NCBI GenBank assembly: GCA_025594325.1
Contig: JANHCV010000009.1
Span: forward strand, 744,001 to 808,000
Length of the DNA: 64,000 nucleotides
Reading direction: 5' to 3'
Origin: Blastocladiella emersonii ATCC 22665
Taxonomy: Eukaryota; Fungi; Blastocladiomycota
Part shown: positions 12,712-23,236 of the stretch, one piece after another
How the letters are laid out: each line of letters begins with the position of its first letter
How positions within the stretch are numbered: position 1 is the stretch's first letter
Translations under genes and position numbers: made by a program
The notes under the pieces: generated by a model
The model's database searches: none
Seen by the model: only the letters and a program-made list of their open reading frames with translations
What the model was told of the DNA's origin: nothing

Positions 12712-15000
12712 TCAGCTACCATGGATGAGCGCGAGAACGGCATCCTTGTACTCGTCGGACGCCATGGTCTCAGGGGCGACGCGCTGGAGCTCACGAATTG
12801 TCTCGCGCGGGCCGATGGCTGTGACGATTCCATTGCGATCCGCGGCCAGCACCGAGCGTGCAATCCATTTGGCGTCCTTGACCCCGTCAAGCCCACCGTC
12901 AGGGACGGCTCGCCAGAACGCGATTGGAAGCGAAACCGACGCGGCACGGAACGTCAGCCTGTCGATGAGGCCGGCCAAGTCGGCGTCAATGAGAATCCGG
13001 ACGAGCTCGCGGTAGGGAAAACCGATAGGTTGGCACAGCGAGAGGCAACCAGTGTGACCCATAAACTGGGTGAGATCTTGGTGCACGTTCAAAATCTTGA
13101 CCAGCGCCTTGACCGCGGACTGAGGAAGGTCGCGGATAGCGGACTGCGGGTCGATTGCAATGAGATCGGCGACAGACTCGGCCCAGGCTCGCTGGTTTGA
13201 CAAGGGGCATTCACTACATGTCATCAGAACCGAGCTCCGTGGAAGTTGGTGCTTTCCGTCGCTGGCAGTCAGCTGAGCGCAAATCATGGCACCGAGAAAC
13301 AGTGGAACAGTCTCAGACCCGCGGAAAAAGTCTGGCGCGAGCTTGCGCAATTCGGGCTGCCGGAACACGGCCACCGGAATCCATGCAACTGCCGAGCAAG
13401 CTGTACTGTCGTAAAGCGCCACAAAGCTAGCCGCAAGTTGGATCACTACAACGGGATCCACGAGGACGTTGCTGGCGAAAACGGATTTCAGAAAGCGCGC
13501 CGATGCAAGTTGCTCGTGAAAGGACGGGCAACTTGTGTAGCTTCGAGCAACGTTAACAAGCGACATGGCGAGCTCTTTGATCGGGATATCAGCCCTCTCG
13601 TCGAAATGGCGATCAGCGAATGCCAGAATGGATTGAGGCGCAAGCTCGGGGAAGGGCAGCGTGCCGTCTGGTAAAGGAGCGCATTCCGAAAACGCTAGGT
13701 GTCAGACAGTGGGTTAGCACAGGTACACGAGGTGGAACATCCGAAAGCACGTACCTCGGACCAGAGCTGGGGCGAAGCGATCTCCCAAACGCTCGGCCAC
13801 CCCCAAAAGCAGCGCCGAGTCAAGCGCATCATCGCTCTTGCTGCCAAGCAGTCCCCAGCAGATGAGATGGCCCCACGCCGCAACGTCAAGCAGTTTGAGA
13901 TCGTCGAGAATCGCGATATTGCCGGCTGACCGCGCCGCGCGCTCCGATTTCAGGCGCTCGAGGATTGCGGAGCGGTCTGATTCGCGGACCGAGCCAAGCA
14001 AGCGCTCGCGACCATGTTCGGAAAGCCTTTGAAGCAGTTGTGGCTTGAAGCAGAGATGCACAACGAGGTGGTTTCCGTTGAACAAGAGGTCCGAGTCCGT
14101 CCAACTTTCTTGCAAAAGGTAGTCGAGTAGCTGCACCGTGGCGTCAGTGGAAGCCTTCCACTCGCTGTTGCTGATCGTGTTGAGGAAGGAAACAGCAAAG
14201 AAAGGTTCGCTCATGAGTTCGGCCAGCCATGTTCCGTCGTCCGTGAGGTGGTCACGCATCGCGTCAAGAACGGATGGGCTGCCCGAAAATAACGCAATGA
14301 AGCTGAGGTAGTCGGCGAGATCGAACTGGCGCTCTTCGTCGATGTCCGCATGATTGAACACTCGCCCGGATTGATTCGAGAACAGCGCATAGGTCCAGAA
14401 AGAAAAGGAGAGTCCAGGGACGACAGGAAGCTGGCTAGAAACGTGGCGGAAGAGGTTGCTGAGCGATGCGGCGTCGAGTCGAAGTCCTGCGATGACCAAG
14501 AGTTGGAGGAGCGCAAGCACCGGATGGTCAGCGCTTGAGAGTATTACCTCGCCGTCGCGGCCCTCGTGCAAGTCCCGCAAGTCTTCGGAGAAGATATCTT
14601 CGTCGAAGAACTCGGACTCGAATGCGGATCGAGCCAAAATAACGAGTCGGTCCGCGAGGATCGTAAACAGAGAAGTGACAAGGCCAAAGCTGAGGTCACC
14701 AGGTGCAATTCGCACGGCCTCGTCGCCAATCCCAGCTTCGAGAAGCACTCCGACATCGGTGGCGAGCAAGACCTCGTCCTGGGCGTAAGTTAGCCGGTCG
14801 TCCTCGGAGGGTCCAACTTCAAGCAGATAGTCAAGCCAAAGTCGCTTCACCAGCGAGTTGCGCGCTGATCCGTAAAGCTCGCGAGTCGCAAGGCAGAGCG
14901 CGAGCCTGGGGCGGGCGAGCTGAACAACCAAACCAACGAGTTCGGTTGGCAGCGCGCCCAGGCCCGCCAGTTCGGCGGAATGCATAGAGTGTCGATTCAT
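12712..15000 (-). CDS. F-box-like family copy B (apparently intact, two exons)
   Basis: ATG at 15000 (MNRHSMHSAELAGLGALPTELVGLVVQL). Phase-1 intron 13695-13754 (GTACGT...CTAAC...TAG) joins in frame to ORF 12712-13566 ending RELQRVAPETMASDEYKDAVLALIHGS. Confidence 0.8.
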
Positions 15001-15142
15001 GGGGTGGCAGTTACATGGGAATGGAGTGCTCAACAGGGAGCGGCGAACGGTGCGGAACGGGCGGCGAATGACAACGATGAGTCGCAAGCCACCTCGGTTC
15101 GCCCACGTGGCACTCGTGCTCGTAAACCACGCGCCCGCTCCG

Positions 15143-15810
15143 AACCGGTTGCTCAATCGTATCGCACCCGTTGTGGCACAGTTGCTCGCGCGCACTGACT
15201 TTGGCGAGGTCCGGGAACTTGGCCAGCAACTCACGGATCGCGACTGCAGCGCCTGGTGCAAGCCTACGGAGTGCGAATGGGTCTATAGCTAGAAGATCCG
15301 CGATTGTATCGTGCCACGCGCGTTGATTGGAGAGGTTGCAATTGTGGCACGCCAGGCGAAATGCAGTACGCTCGGAGGCACGGTTCGAAGTTTAGAACGC
15401 ATTGAGAGACTCGAGAACGTGCTTGGCGAGCGCGTCCGGCTTTGTGCCGGCGTCAGAAAGGATCGAGAGCGAGCGCAGCCTCGCCAGCAGCAAATCGAGG
15501 AGAAATCGGACATGTTCTCCGCGTCAAGCCTGCTGCGGAAGTCCTTGACCAAGATCTCGAAGAACGGGCCGAGGTTCGACGGATATGTCGGAAACTTGGA
15601 ACGGTATTAATCGATGAAGACGGGTTCCTCCCAACCGCGCAAAACTGCGGAGAGCTGCGGCTTGGTGGCGAGGCCGGAACGTCCCGCAAAGCACAGCTCG
15701 CTCGCCGTGGCGCACACGACGGAGCGCGGGCACGCGAGCTGCAAGACCGGGACGAGCACCTCGGTCGGAAGATCTGAAAATGTGGGGTCCTGAGGCTTCA
15801 TTAGATTCAT
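15143..15810 (-). pseudogene. F-box-like family copy D, internally deleted pseudogene
   Basis: Starts MNLMKPQDPTFSDLPTEVLVPVLQL like copy E. In-frame TAA at 15607-15609, then a frameshift, then directly a C-terminal-domain fragment (ACHNCNLSNQRAWHDTIADLLAID...CHNGCDTIEQPV) truncated near 15143. Confidence 0.8.
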
Positions 15811-15982
15811 TGCAGGGAGTTACTAAGTGTGGCGACTTTGCGGGAGCAATGGCGAGAGGGAGAAAGTGCGTTAGGGCAGCAGCAACCAACACGTCGTTCA
15901 TCTCGCTGGCCAACGCACGCTTCGCTTCCCCCGCAAGCCGAGAGATTCGGAAGGCAGCAATACGTGTATTCAAAATCATGTC

Positions 15983-18304
15983 CTACTCGAGGGCCGGAGC
16001 CACAGCCGGCTCAGCCATCCCGCTCGCCGCCATGGCTCGCGGCGCAGCTCGCCAGATCTCGTGCAAGTACACTTCGTGGCCAAGCTCATCCTCAGCCGCA
16101 TCGCCCTTGCCGATCTCAGTCACGGTCCGCGCAATCCATTTGGCGCTCGTCGCGCCGTCGAGCGCGCCGTCGTCGATCGCGCGCCACACCGAGAGCGGTA
16201 CCGCCTGGCCGTGCGCTTCGCCGCCGGCCAGAACGTGAAGGAATCCCGCGAGATCCGCGCGGAGAAGCATGTGGACCATGGCGAGGACCGGCGCCGCGAT
16301 CGTGTCGCACGCGCGGTGACACAGATTGCGGCGCAGGTCAGCGAAATCCGAGGCTTTGGCGGACGTGGTCTCGATGAGCGCGGGACCGAGACTCAGGGGC
16401 ATCTGGCTGATGACAGCCGAGTCGATGGCAACGAGTTCGGCGAGCGTATCGAGCCAGGCGCGCTGCCCCGACAGCTCGCAGAAGCGGCACGCGGTGCGGA
16501 ACGTGGCGATGCGAATGCCCGGGTGAGCGCCGACGCGGCCGAGCATCTGCGCGTGGACCATGGTGGCGAGGAGTAGCGACGCCGTCTTGGCGTCGCGGAT
16601 GAAGGCCAGTGCGCGGTCGCGGGTCGCGGGATCGTGAAGGGCGGCGACGGGGACCCACACGAGCGAAGTGCACTCGAGCGGGCCGTGCTGCGAGACGAAA
16701 GCGTTGGCGAGGAGGAACATGGGCCACAGGGCGGCGCCCGGCAGGTCCGTGCTGCAGAAGATGACGGCGAGGACCGCGCTGGCCGCTTCGGGGTCGAGAC
16801 GAACGATTCGGGGTCCGTCACGACGCGTGCGGCTGGTCCGTAGTGTGACTGGCCCTTTCACGGCGAGGCACTCGGCCCACTCAGCGACATTGGCGATGAA
16901 CTGGACGAGCTCGTCCGACGACAACTGCGCCTGGGCGAGGACGAGGATCGCGTGAATCGTCCCGTGGTTTTTCGGGATGCGCGACGCGATGCTGAAGGCT
17001 AGCGAGAAAGGTCACACGGTCAGCTCAACGCTCACGAATCAATCCGAGATCAACCACGGCGTACCATGAACGAGGACCTTGCCCAGCCGGCCACCGAGCC
17101 GCTCGATGATAAACTTGGCCCGCGCGCTGCTGGACCCCGCCGCCGCCGGTTTCATGGCCTGCAACAGCAGCTGGGCCCAGGTCTGCTCGCTGAGGCATCC
17201 GTGGTCATCAAGCGCCATGACCATGTCATCGCTGGGCTTGAAGTCGTCCGCATGAAGCTGCGCGTGAATCATCAAGGTCGACTGCACAGAATCGCGCTTG
17301 GTGTACTCCATGACACGCCGAAGCACAGCGGCCGACTGAAGGTGCACCAGCGACGTGGCGTACGGCGCGACGCCGATCCACCGCGGGCCAAACACCAAGT
17401 CGAGCATGCGGACCACGTCGGCGTCCGCGGGATCGCTGGTGGAGCTCCGGAGCGAAGCGAAAAGCAGGCTGGTCGCCTCCGAGTTGCGCAGCGACTCGAC
17501 GACCCGCTGGAACTGGAAAGCGAGCTGCGGATCGGCGCGCAAGACGTCCATGATCCGCGGCGACCAGAGGAACGCAGCGTAGCGGCCGAGAAAGTCGACG
17601 AGCGAGTACTCCGCGTCCAGCGCCGTGCCGTCGACATCGGCGAACACGAAGGTCGTGGCCCGCGTCGCGGCGGTCCAGTCCTTGAACGTGAGCTTGACGG
17701 CAAAGAGCGCGGGAAAGCGAGTGCGAACGCGGTTGATGACGCGCGCGTAGTCGGCTGGATCGAGACGGCGGGTGCAGTGGAAGAGCTGCTGGACGAGCGA
17801 TGCGAGCGGGTGCTTGAAGCAGTTGACGGTGCCGCCACTGTGGCGCGCAACGTCAGCTCGAAGCAGCGCAAAGGCTTCACGGACAGCACCGACCACCGCG
17901 CCGTTGTCACCGAGATGGTGAAGCTTGGACAGCGCGAGATCGAGGAACCGGTCGGCGAGAACCGGCGCGGCCGCCACCTCGGCAGCGTAAGCGACCAATG
18001 TGGACTGCGGGCCAAGCCGGTCGCACCGCGTCTGGACCGCGCTTTCGTAAAAGTAGCCGAGGTCGGTCGCGAAGTCGGGGAACTCTTCAAAGTACGTTTC
18101 CGGGTAGCGCGGGTCGAGGTTCCGGCGCAGCTTGGAGTGCAGCCAGACCTGCGCGACGGGGCCGGTCCGCGCCACGGTGCCCAGCTCGCGCGACGCGATG
18201 CAGACGAGGAAGCGCGAGTTGGCGAGCTGCAGCAGCACGGCCGTGAGGAGCTCGGGCGGGAGCGCGGCGAGGTTGTGTTGCTGTGACTGACAAGTAGTTT
18301 TCAT
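15983..18304 (-). CDS. F-box-like family copy C (apparently intact, two exons)
   Basis: ATG at 18304 (MKTTCQSQQHNLAALPPELLTAVLLQL). Phase-1 intron 16999-17064 joins in frame to ORF 15983-16924 with ACRFCELSGQRAW, CHRACDT, LRADL, WRAIDDGALDG. Confidence 0.8.
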
Positions 18305-18863
18305 TGCAAGGTCTAAGTTCGTGGGGGAGAGAGCGGGGACCGCGAGCGCGACGCGCCTCTTGACCGACCTCCTCACCGAGCCGCAGCTCAAGCGCGTAAG
18401 GTTACGGCTGCCTTCGTGCTCGACAGTCCTCTGTTCACTGGCCCACAGGAATCCGAAGCGGCGTCAGACTGGGTCACGGTGACGCGTCCTGCTCGCGCTG
18501 CGCCACACGGGCCGGGCTGACTCGGGATTGCTCACTCACCCTCGACACGCGACGACTTCAACGTTTCACATTTATGAAAGAAGAGGGGAGAGAGAGACTA
18601 GACGGTAGAGAGTGGCCCCCGCGATCCCGCGGCCAGGGCGGCGTGTATTCAGTCATCCAGAACGGGACGATCGAGTTGGGGTGAGGGGGAGGATGGTGGT
18701 CGCCCTACCAACGAGACGAGGACAACGATTCAGTACAGGGTTTCAACCAAGCATGCATTTGGTAGGGTAGAGGGAGGGGCAACAACGGCAAAGAGGGGAG
18801 AGGTGGGGTAAGGAAGCAGGGAGGGAGGAGGTCGCGCACCATGGAGAGAGGGACGAGAACAGC

Positions 18864-19895
18864 TTAGGCCTTCTTGGCGAGACCCTCGATGTCGGCGATG
18901 CACTGGTTGACGAGATCGGCTTGCTACAAACACGGAACAGCGATGGGGAAGTGAGTGACCGATCAACCCGAGCACACCGACAAGCAGCAAAAGACGTACG
19001 ATCTTGGGGTCGGCGAGGGCGGCGTTGAGGCGGGCGAGCACCTTCTCGGCGAGCTCCTTCTGCTGGCGCTCGCGGACCGAGGTCTCGTGGCGGACCCAGG
19101 CGTCGAGGGTGCCCTTGATCTCGGCCACGTAGGCGGTGCGCTGCTTGAGCTCGTACGCCTCGGCCTCGAGGGCGGCCATGGACTTGGACATGGCGAACAG
19201 CGACTTGGTGATGTCGACGACGTCGGCCATCTCGGCGACCGAGTCGATCTTCTCGGCGACGGCGGCCTTGTGGTCGGCGCGCGCCTGGGTGAGGATGTTC
19301 ATGATGTTCGAGATGCGGCCCTCAGACCACTGCACGATGGGCTCCTTCATGCCGCGGTACAGCAGCGTGGCGATGCCGAGGAACGACGCCAGGATGAGCG
19401 TCTCCTCGTTGAACACGTAGATCTCCTTGGAGATGGCGAAGGCCGCGGCGCCCGTGCCGAGGGTCACGATGCCGGTCTTGGACACGATGTTGTTGCCGGG
19501 GAGGGCATCGATCACGCTCTTGGCCTTCTGGGCGGGCTCGGGGCGGGTCTCTGTTCGAGGCGGGAGGGTCGGCGGTCAGCTCATGGACCCGTGCGGAGCG
19601 CGCAGAGAGTAGCGACACGAACCCGACGAGTACTGGCTGGAGGCGGAACCACAAAGTCAACGCAAGGTACGGGCATGCGTTCGGTTTGCGGCGATCACCG
19701 CGATAACCGAGCACGAGCGAGCGCGAACGAAAAGTATACACGAAGAGGACAGCGAGCAGTCCGTCAGCCTTGTGCGCAGTGCCACCAGTCGCAGGGCGCC
19801 CGGACGTACCGGGAGGCCAGGGCGACGCGGGGCACGGGGGCCATGGCGCGGAGGCCGGCGGCGGCGCGGGTGGCGGCGGCGAGACGGAGGGCCAT
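18864..19895 (-). CDS. ATP4: Mitochondrial ATP synthase subunit b (subunit 4)
   Basis: Arg/Ala-rich presequence MALRLAAATRAAAGLRAM..., then IDALPGNNIVSKTG, ISKEIYVFNEET, LDAWVRHETSVRERQQKELA. Includes a 14-nt exon at 19623-19636; the last exon ends EGLAKKA-TAA at 18864. Confidence 0.92.
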
Positions 19896-20227
19896 GGTGG
19901 AAGCGGGGGCGGATGCGCGAAGTGGCGGACGTTGCGTGCAGCGGGCCAGGCGAGCGAGATGAGGGTCGGGGGCCGGGGCGTGTGCGGCGCGACGACGGCG
20001 GCCGGCGGCGGCAACGGCAGCGGCCGCGAGGCGAGAGCGGCGGCAGGGAAAATCTCGTCAAACAAGCATCACGTGGCGTCACCCTTCTCCTCAAAACTTG
20101 ATTTGACCTTCGCGAATATCATCTCATAATCGTCCCTCCCCTCTCAGAACTCGATGCAATGGAACCGCGGATACAGAATACCGTATACTATCGCCTTCGA
20201 TCCACCAAAACTCCTCCCTACACCACC

Positions 20228-20597
20228 TCAGAACCCGCCGCGCGTTCCACCCCGGGCCGCAGCCCCGCGCCCGCCACGGAACCCGCCGCGTCCACGTCCA
20301 CCACGGCCACCACGGCCTCCAAACTCGGCGGCGGCCGCGACCGCGGGCGCGTCGGTGCGGTCGTACGGGTGGAACCCGTGGTTGGCGGGCGGCGCGATGG
20401 ATGGTGGGGCGGCCGCGGGCGGGGCGGGGGCGTTGGCGGCGGCAGCAGCCTGGAAGCCGGCGGCGCCGAGCGTGCTCATGAGCTGCGCGAGCTGCTGCGG
20501 GTTGCTGTTGCTGGCGAGCTGCGACAGGCCGAACGGGTCGGCGGCGGGTGCTGGCGGCGGCACGAGCTGCGGCTGCTGCTGGGCCTGCGCGACTTGT

Positions 20598-20630
<33 letters not shown>

Positions 20631-23031
20631 AGGGTAGCGCTAGATAGGGGGCCGCGGAAGGTTGTGAGCGGAGGATGCTTCGGGAGTGAGACGACGACGA
20701 GAACGTACGCGGCGAGCGTGTTGAAGAGCCCGGGATTCACGGCCCTAGACGCGCCCGCGCGAGGTCGCTTCGTGTCAGTTTTCGCTGCTCGTGTCGATTC
20801 ACGCAGTCGCGCATGCGCACGTACAGGAGATTCAGCAGCTGCGCGGTGGTTTGAGGATTGGCCTGCCCGAACGCGCCGAGGACGCCTGCGGCTGCGGCGG
20901 CGGGGAGCGCGGTCACGGCCGGCGGCGGGGCCTCGAACGACCGCACGAAGGCCTTGAGCGTCGCGTCCTTGATGTTGGCCGATGGGAGGTTGCCGTCGGG
21001 CTACACGATTCGAGAGGAGGAGCGGAAACGACGCGAGGAAGCACACCAGCGGGGAGGTTAGACAGTAGATCGAGCAAAAAAAATCGAGTTTTCCATTGAC
21101 GACGACGGCCACGCTCTCCACCTCCACCTCCTCCAACTCCTCCACCCATCCACCAGCTCGCTCCATCCAACCTGAGCCGAGCTCGCCGTGGTCCGGCGCC
21201 AGTCCCACGCGCGCGAGTGACGCGGGGAGGGCAGCCTGAACCGAGTCCGGGTCCGAGTTCGAGATCGAGAGAGCAAGTGTGTGAAGTGCTGGAAACGAGT
21301 CAAAGCGACCACCACCACCCAGTCCGCCACGACAGAAAGAACGAGAGAAAACACGTACAATAGTCGCCCTGCGCCGCGCCTCGTACCCGGGGACCGACTC
21401 GAACACGCCGGGCGCACACTCGCGGGGCATACTCGGGGACGGCGGCACCTCGGCCTCGGACGTGTAGTTGATAGCGACGGGCGGCGCGCTACGGCGGTCG
21501 AGCGCGAACGTCCCGCGCTCCATGGCCGCCACGGGCCACGGGACGGGCGCGCGCCAGTCGATCGAGGGGTCGAGCTTCTCGCGGGCGAACGCGACACGGC
21601 CCTCGAGCTTGTCGAAGTCGCGCGCCGACCGGCCCGCCGCGCCCGCCGCGTGCGGGTGGTGCATCTCGGCCTCGGGGTCGACCTCGACCGTGAACTCCTT
21701 GACGGCGCACAGCTCGCCGCGCCCGGCCTCGTCGCGCCACCGGATGTTCCCGCGCGACTCGCGCCGCAGCTCGGGCCGGCGCAGGATCCCCGTCGACCGC
21801 GCGCGCGGCGCCGCCGTGCGCCGCGTGATCCCGGACGTCGTCGCGGTCGCCACCACGGGCGTCGCCGTCGTCGTCGATGCGTCCGATCCCGCGGATGTCG
21901 GCGACGCCACGCCCGACGCGCGGTCGCTGTCGGCCGCGGGCGCGGCCGTGTCCACGGGACTCGGGGCCGCCGAAGCAACGGCGGCCGCGGGTTTCGCGGC
22001 CGGGACAAACGGCGCCGCGGGGCGAGCCGCCGCGACCGGCGCGGCGGGGCGGGCGGCCGAGATGGACGTGGTCTCGACGAGCTGCGACAGGATATTGGTG
22101 GGCGAGGGGTTGGGCGTGGTGGGTTTGGTGATGCGCTCCTTGCGGAGGAGCGGGCGGCGACCGTTCGTGGTCGCGTTCCCGTTGGTCATGGCGGGGGACC
22201 CGTTGGCCGACGACGACGGGGTCGACGCAGACGTCGAGCTGGCGCCCGAACCAGCGCTCGAGCCGCCGGCCGAGGGCACGTACTGGGCGGCCATGGCGGA
22301 CCACTTGGCCATGAGGTTGTCGGCGGCCGCGGCCACGTCCGGGTGGTCCGCGTACTCTTTCGGCAGGCGCCGGAGCCCCTTGATGACGTTGGGCGGCATT
22401 TTCGGGAGGTGCGCGGCCGTGATGGGCAGCACGGCGAGCGTCGAGAGGAAGTCGCGCGCAAAGGCCGCGTCGCGCTCGCGGAGGCACCGCACCATCCAGT
22501 TGCCCAGGAGCATGGGCGCGCTCTGCTGCCCGATCCAGCTGGTGGTTCCGATCGATCGGGGGACGGGCGTGAGTTAGTTTTCGGATCGGTGAGTCGATGA
22601 AGCGAATCGGGGGAGCCGTACTTGTGCAGCACGTCGGGGCGCGACCGGCGCAGCATGGCGAGGAACTTGAGCTTCTCGGGTTTGCTGCGGTCGCCCTTCT
22701 CGGCGTAGAGCCACTCGGTAAAGTCCTTGGCCGAGATGGCCTCGACGCCCGCGAACCCGCCCGTGCTGGGGTCCGTGCGCGCCGTGAGGTGGTCTGGAGT
22801 TGGTGAACGGCGACGCGGCGACGGTGAAGCAGCAGCAGCAACGACGGCGCGCGGATGATCCGGAGACAGTCGGCGATACGGGTGCGTGCGGCGGAGGACA
22901 CGTTGAGGCGGAGGCGAGGGCGTGTCCGAGTGACGACAGCCGGGTTCAGCGGCAGCGGTGACGCGGACGGCGGCGGGCGGGGTGCGGCGCGGGGAGGAGA
23001 AATAGGGCAGCTCGATGGTTAGTTTCCACAT
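20228..23031 (-). CDS. PNUTS/Ppn1/Ref2-like PP1 regulatory module (TFIIS-N-like domain, RVxW-type motif, polyQ, RGG tail); probably the 3' part of a gene starting at 24493
   Basis: TFIIS-N-like segment LLGNWMVRCL...LSTLAVLPIT...ADNLMAKW; PP1-binding-like RGNIRWRDEAGRGELCAVKEF, then RDFDKLEGRVAF...IDWRAPVP; C-terminal GGRGGRGGRGRGGFRGG. Introns include 21001-21358 (358 nt). Confidence 0.72.
20600..20630 (-). repeat. (CAG)10 microsatellite encoding a polyQ tract in the PNUTS-like gene
   Basis: Plus strand (ctg)10 at 20600-20629 reads QQQQQQQQQQ in the last exon. Confidence 0.9.
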
Positions 23032-23116
23032 GTTTGAGGGGGGAGTCGGTGGTGGTGCGGGATCAGCGACGCGATCACACACGGAGAGCGAGCGGGTCGT
23101 GGGGGGACGCGTGGCG

Positions 23117-23124
23117 CTTTTATA
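23117..23124 (-). promoter_or_regulatory. TATA-like element (TATAAAAG) with three adjacent ACGCGT boxes
   Basis: TATAAAAG on minus about 85 nt upstream of ATG 23031; ACGCGT at 23107-23112, 23132-23137 and 23146-23151. Confidence 0.4.
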
Positions 23125-23236
23125 CTCTTGGACGCGTCGCAGCGTACGCGTTCGCGTCGTGCTGAGCCGCGTCCATGTTGACCGTCATCTCGTATGGATC
23201 CAAGGGAGGTAGGGAAAGAGGTAGGAAAGCGCGTAC

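Noticed and set aside
18730-18990. Hydrophobic C-terminal extension of ATP4 in the ORF track
   Set aside because: Read-through of an intron; splicing gives the normal ending QCIADIEGLAKKA.
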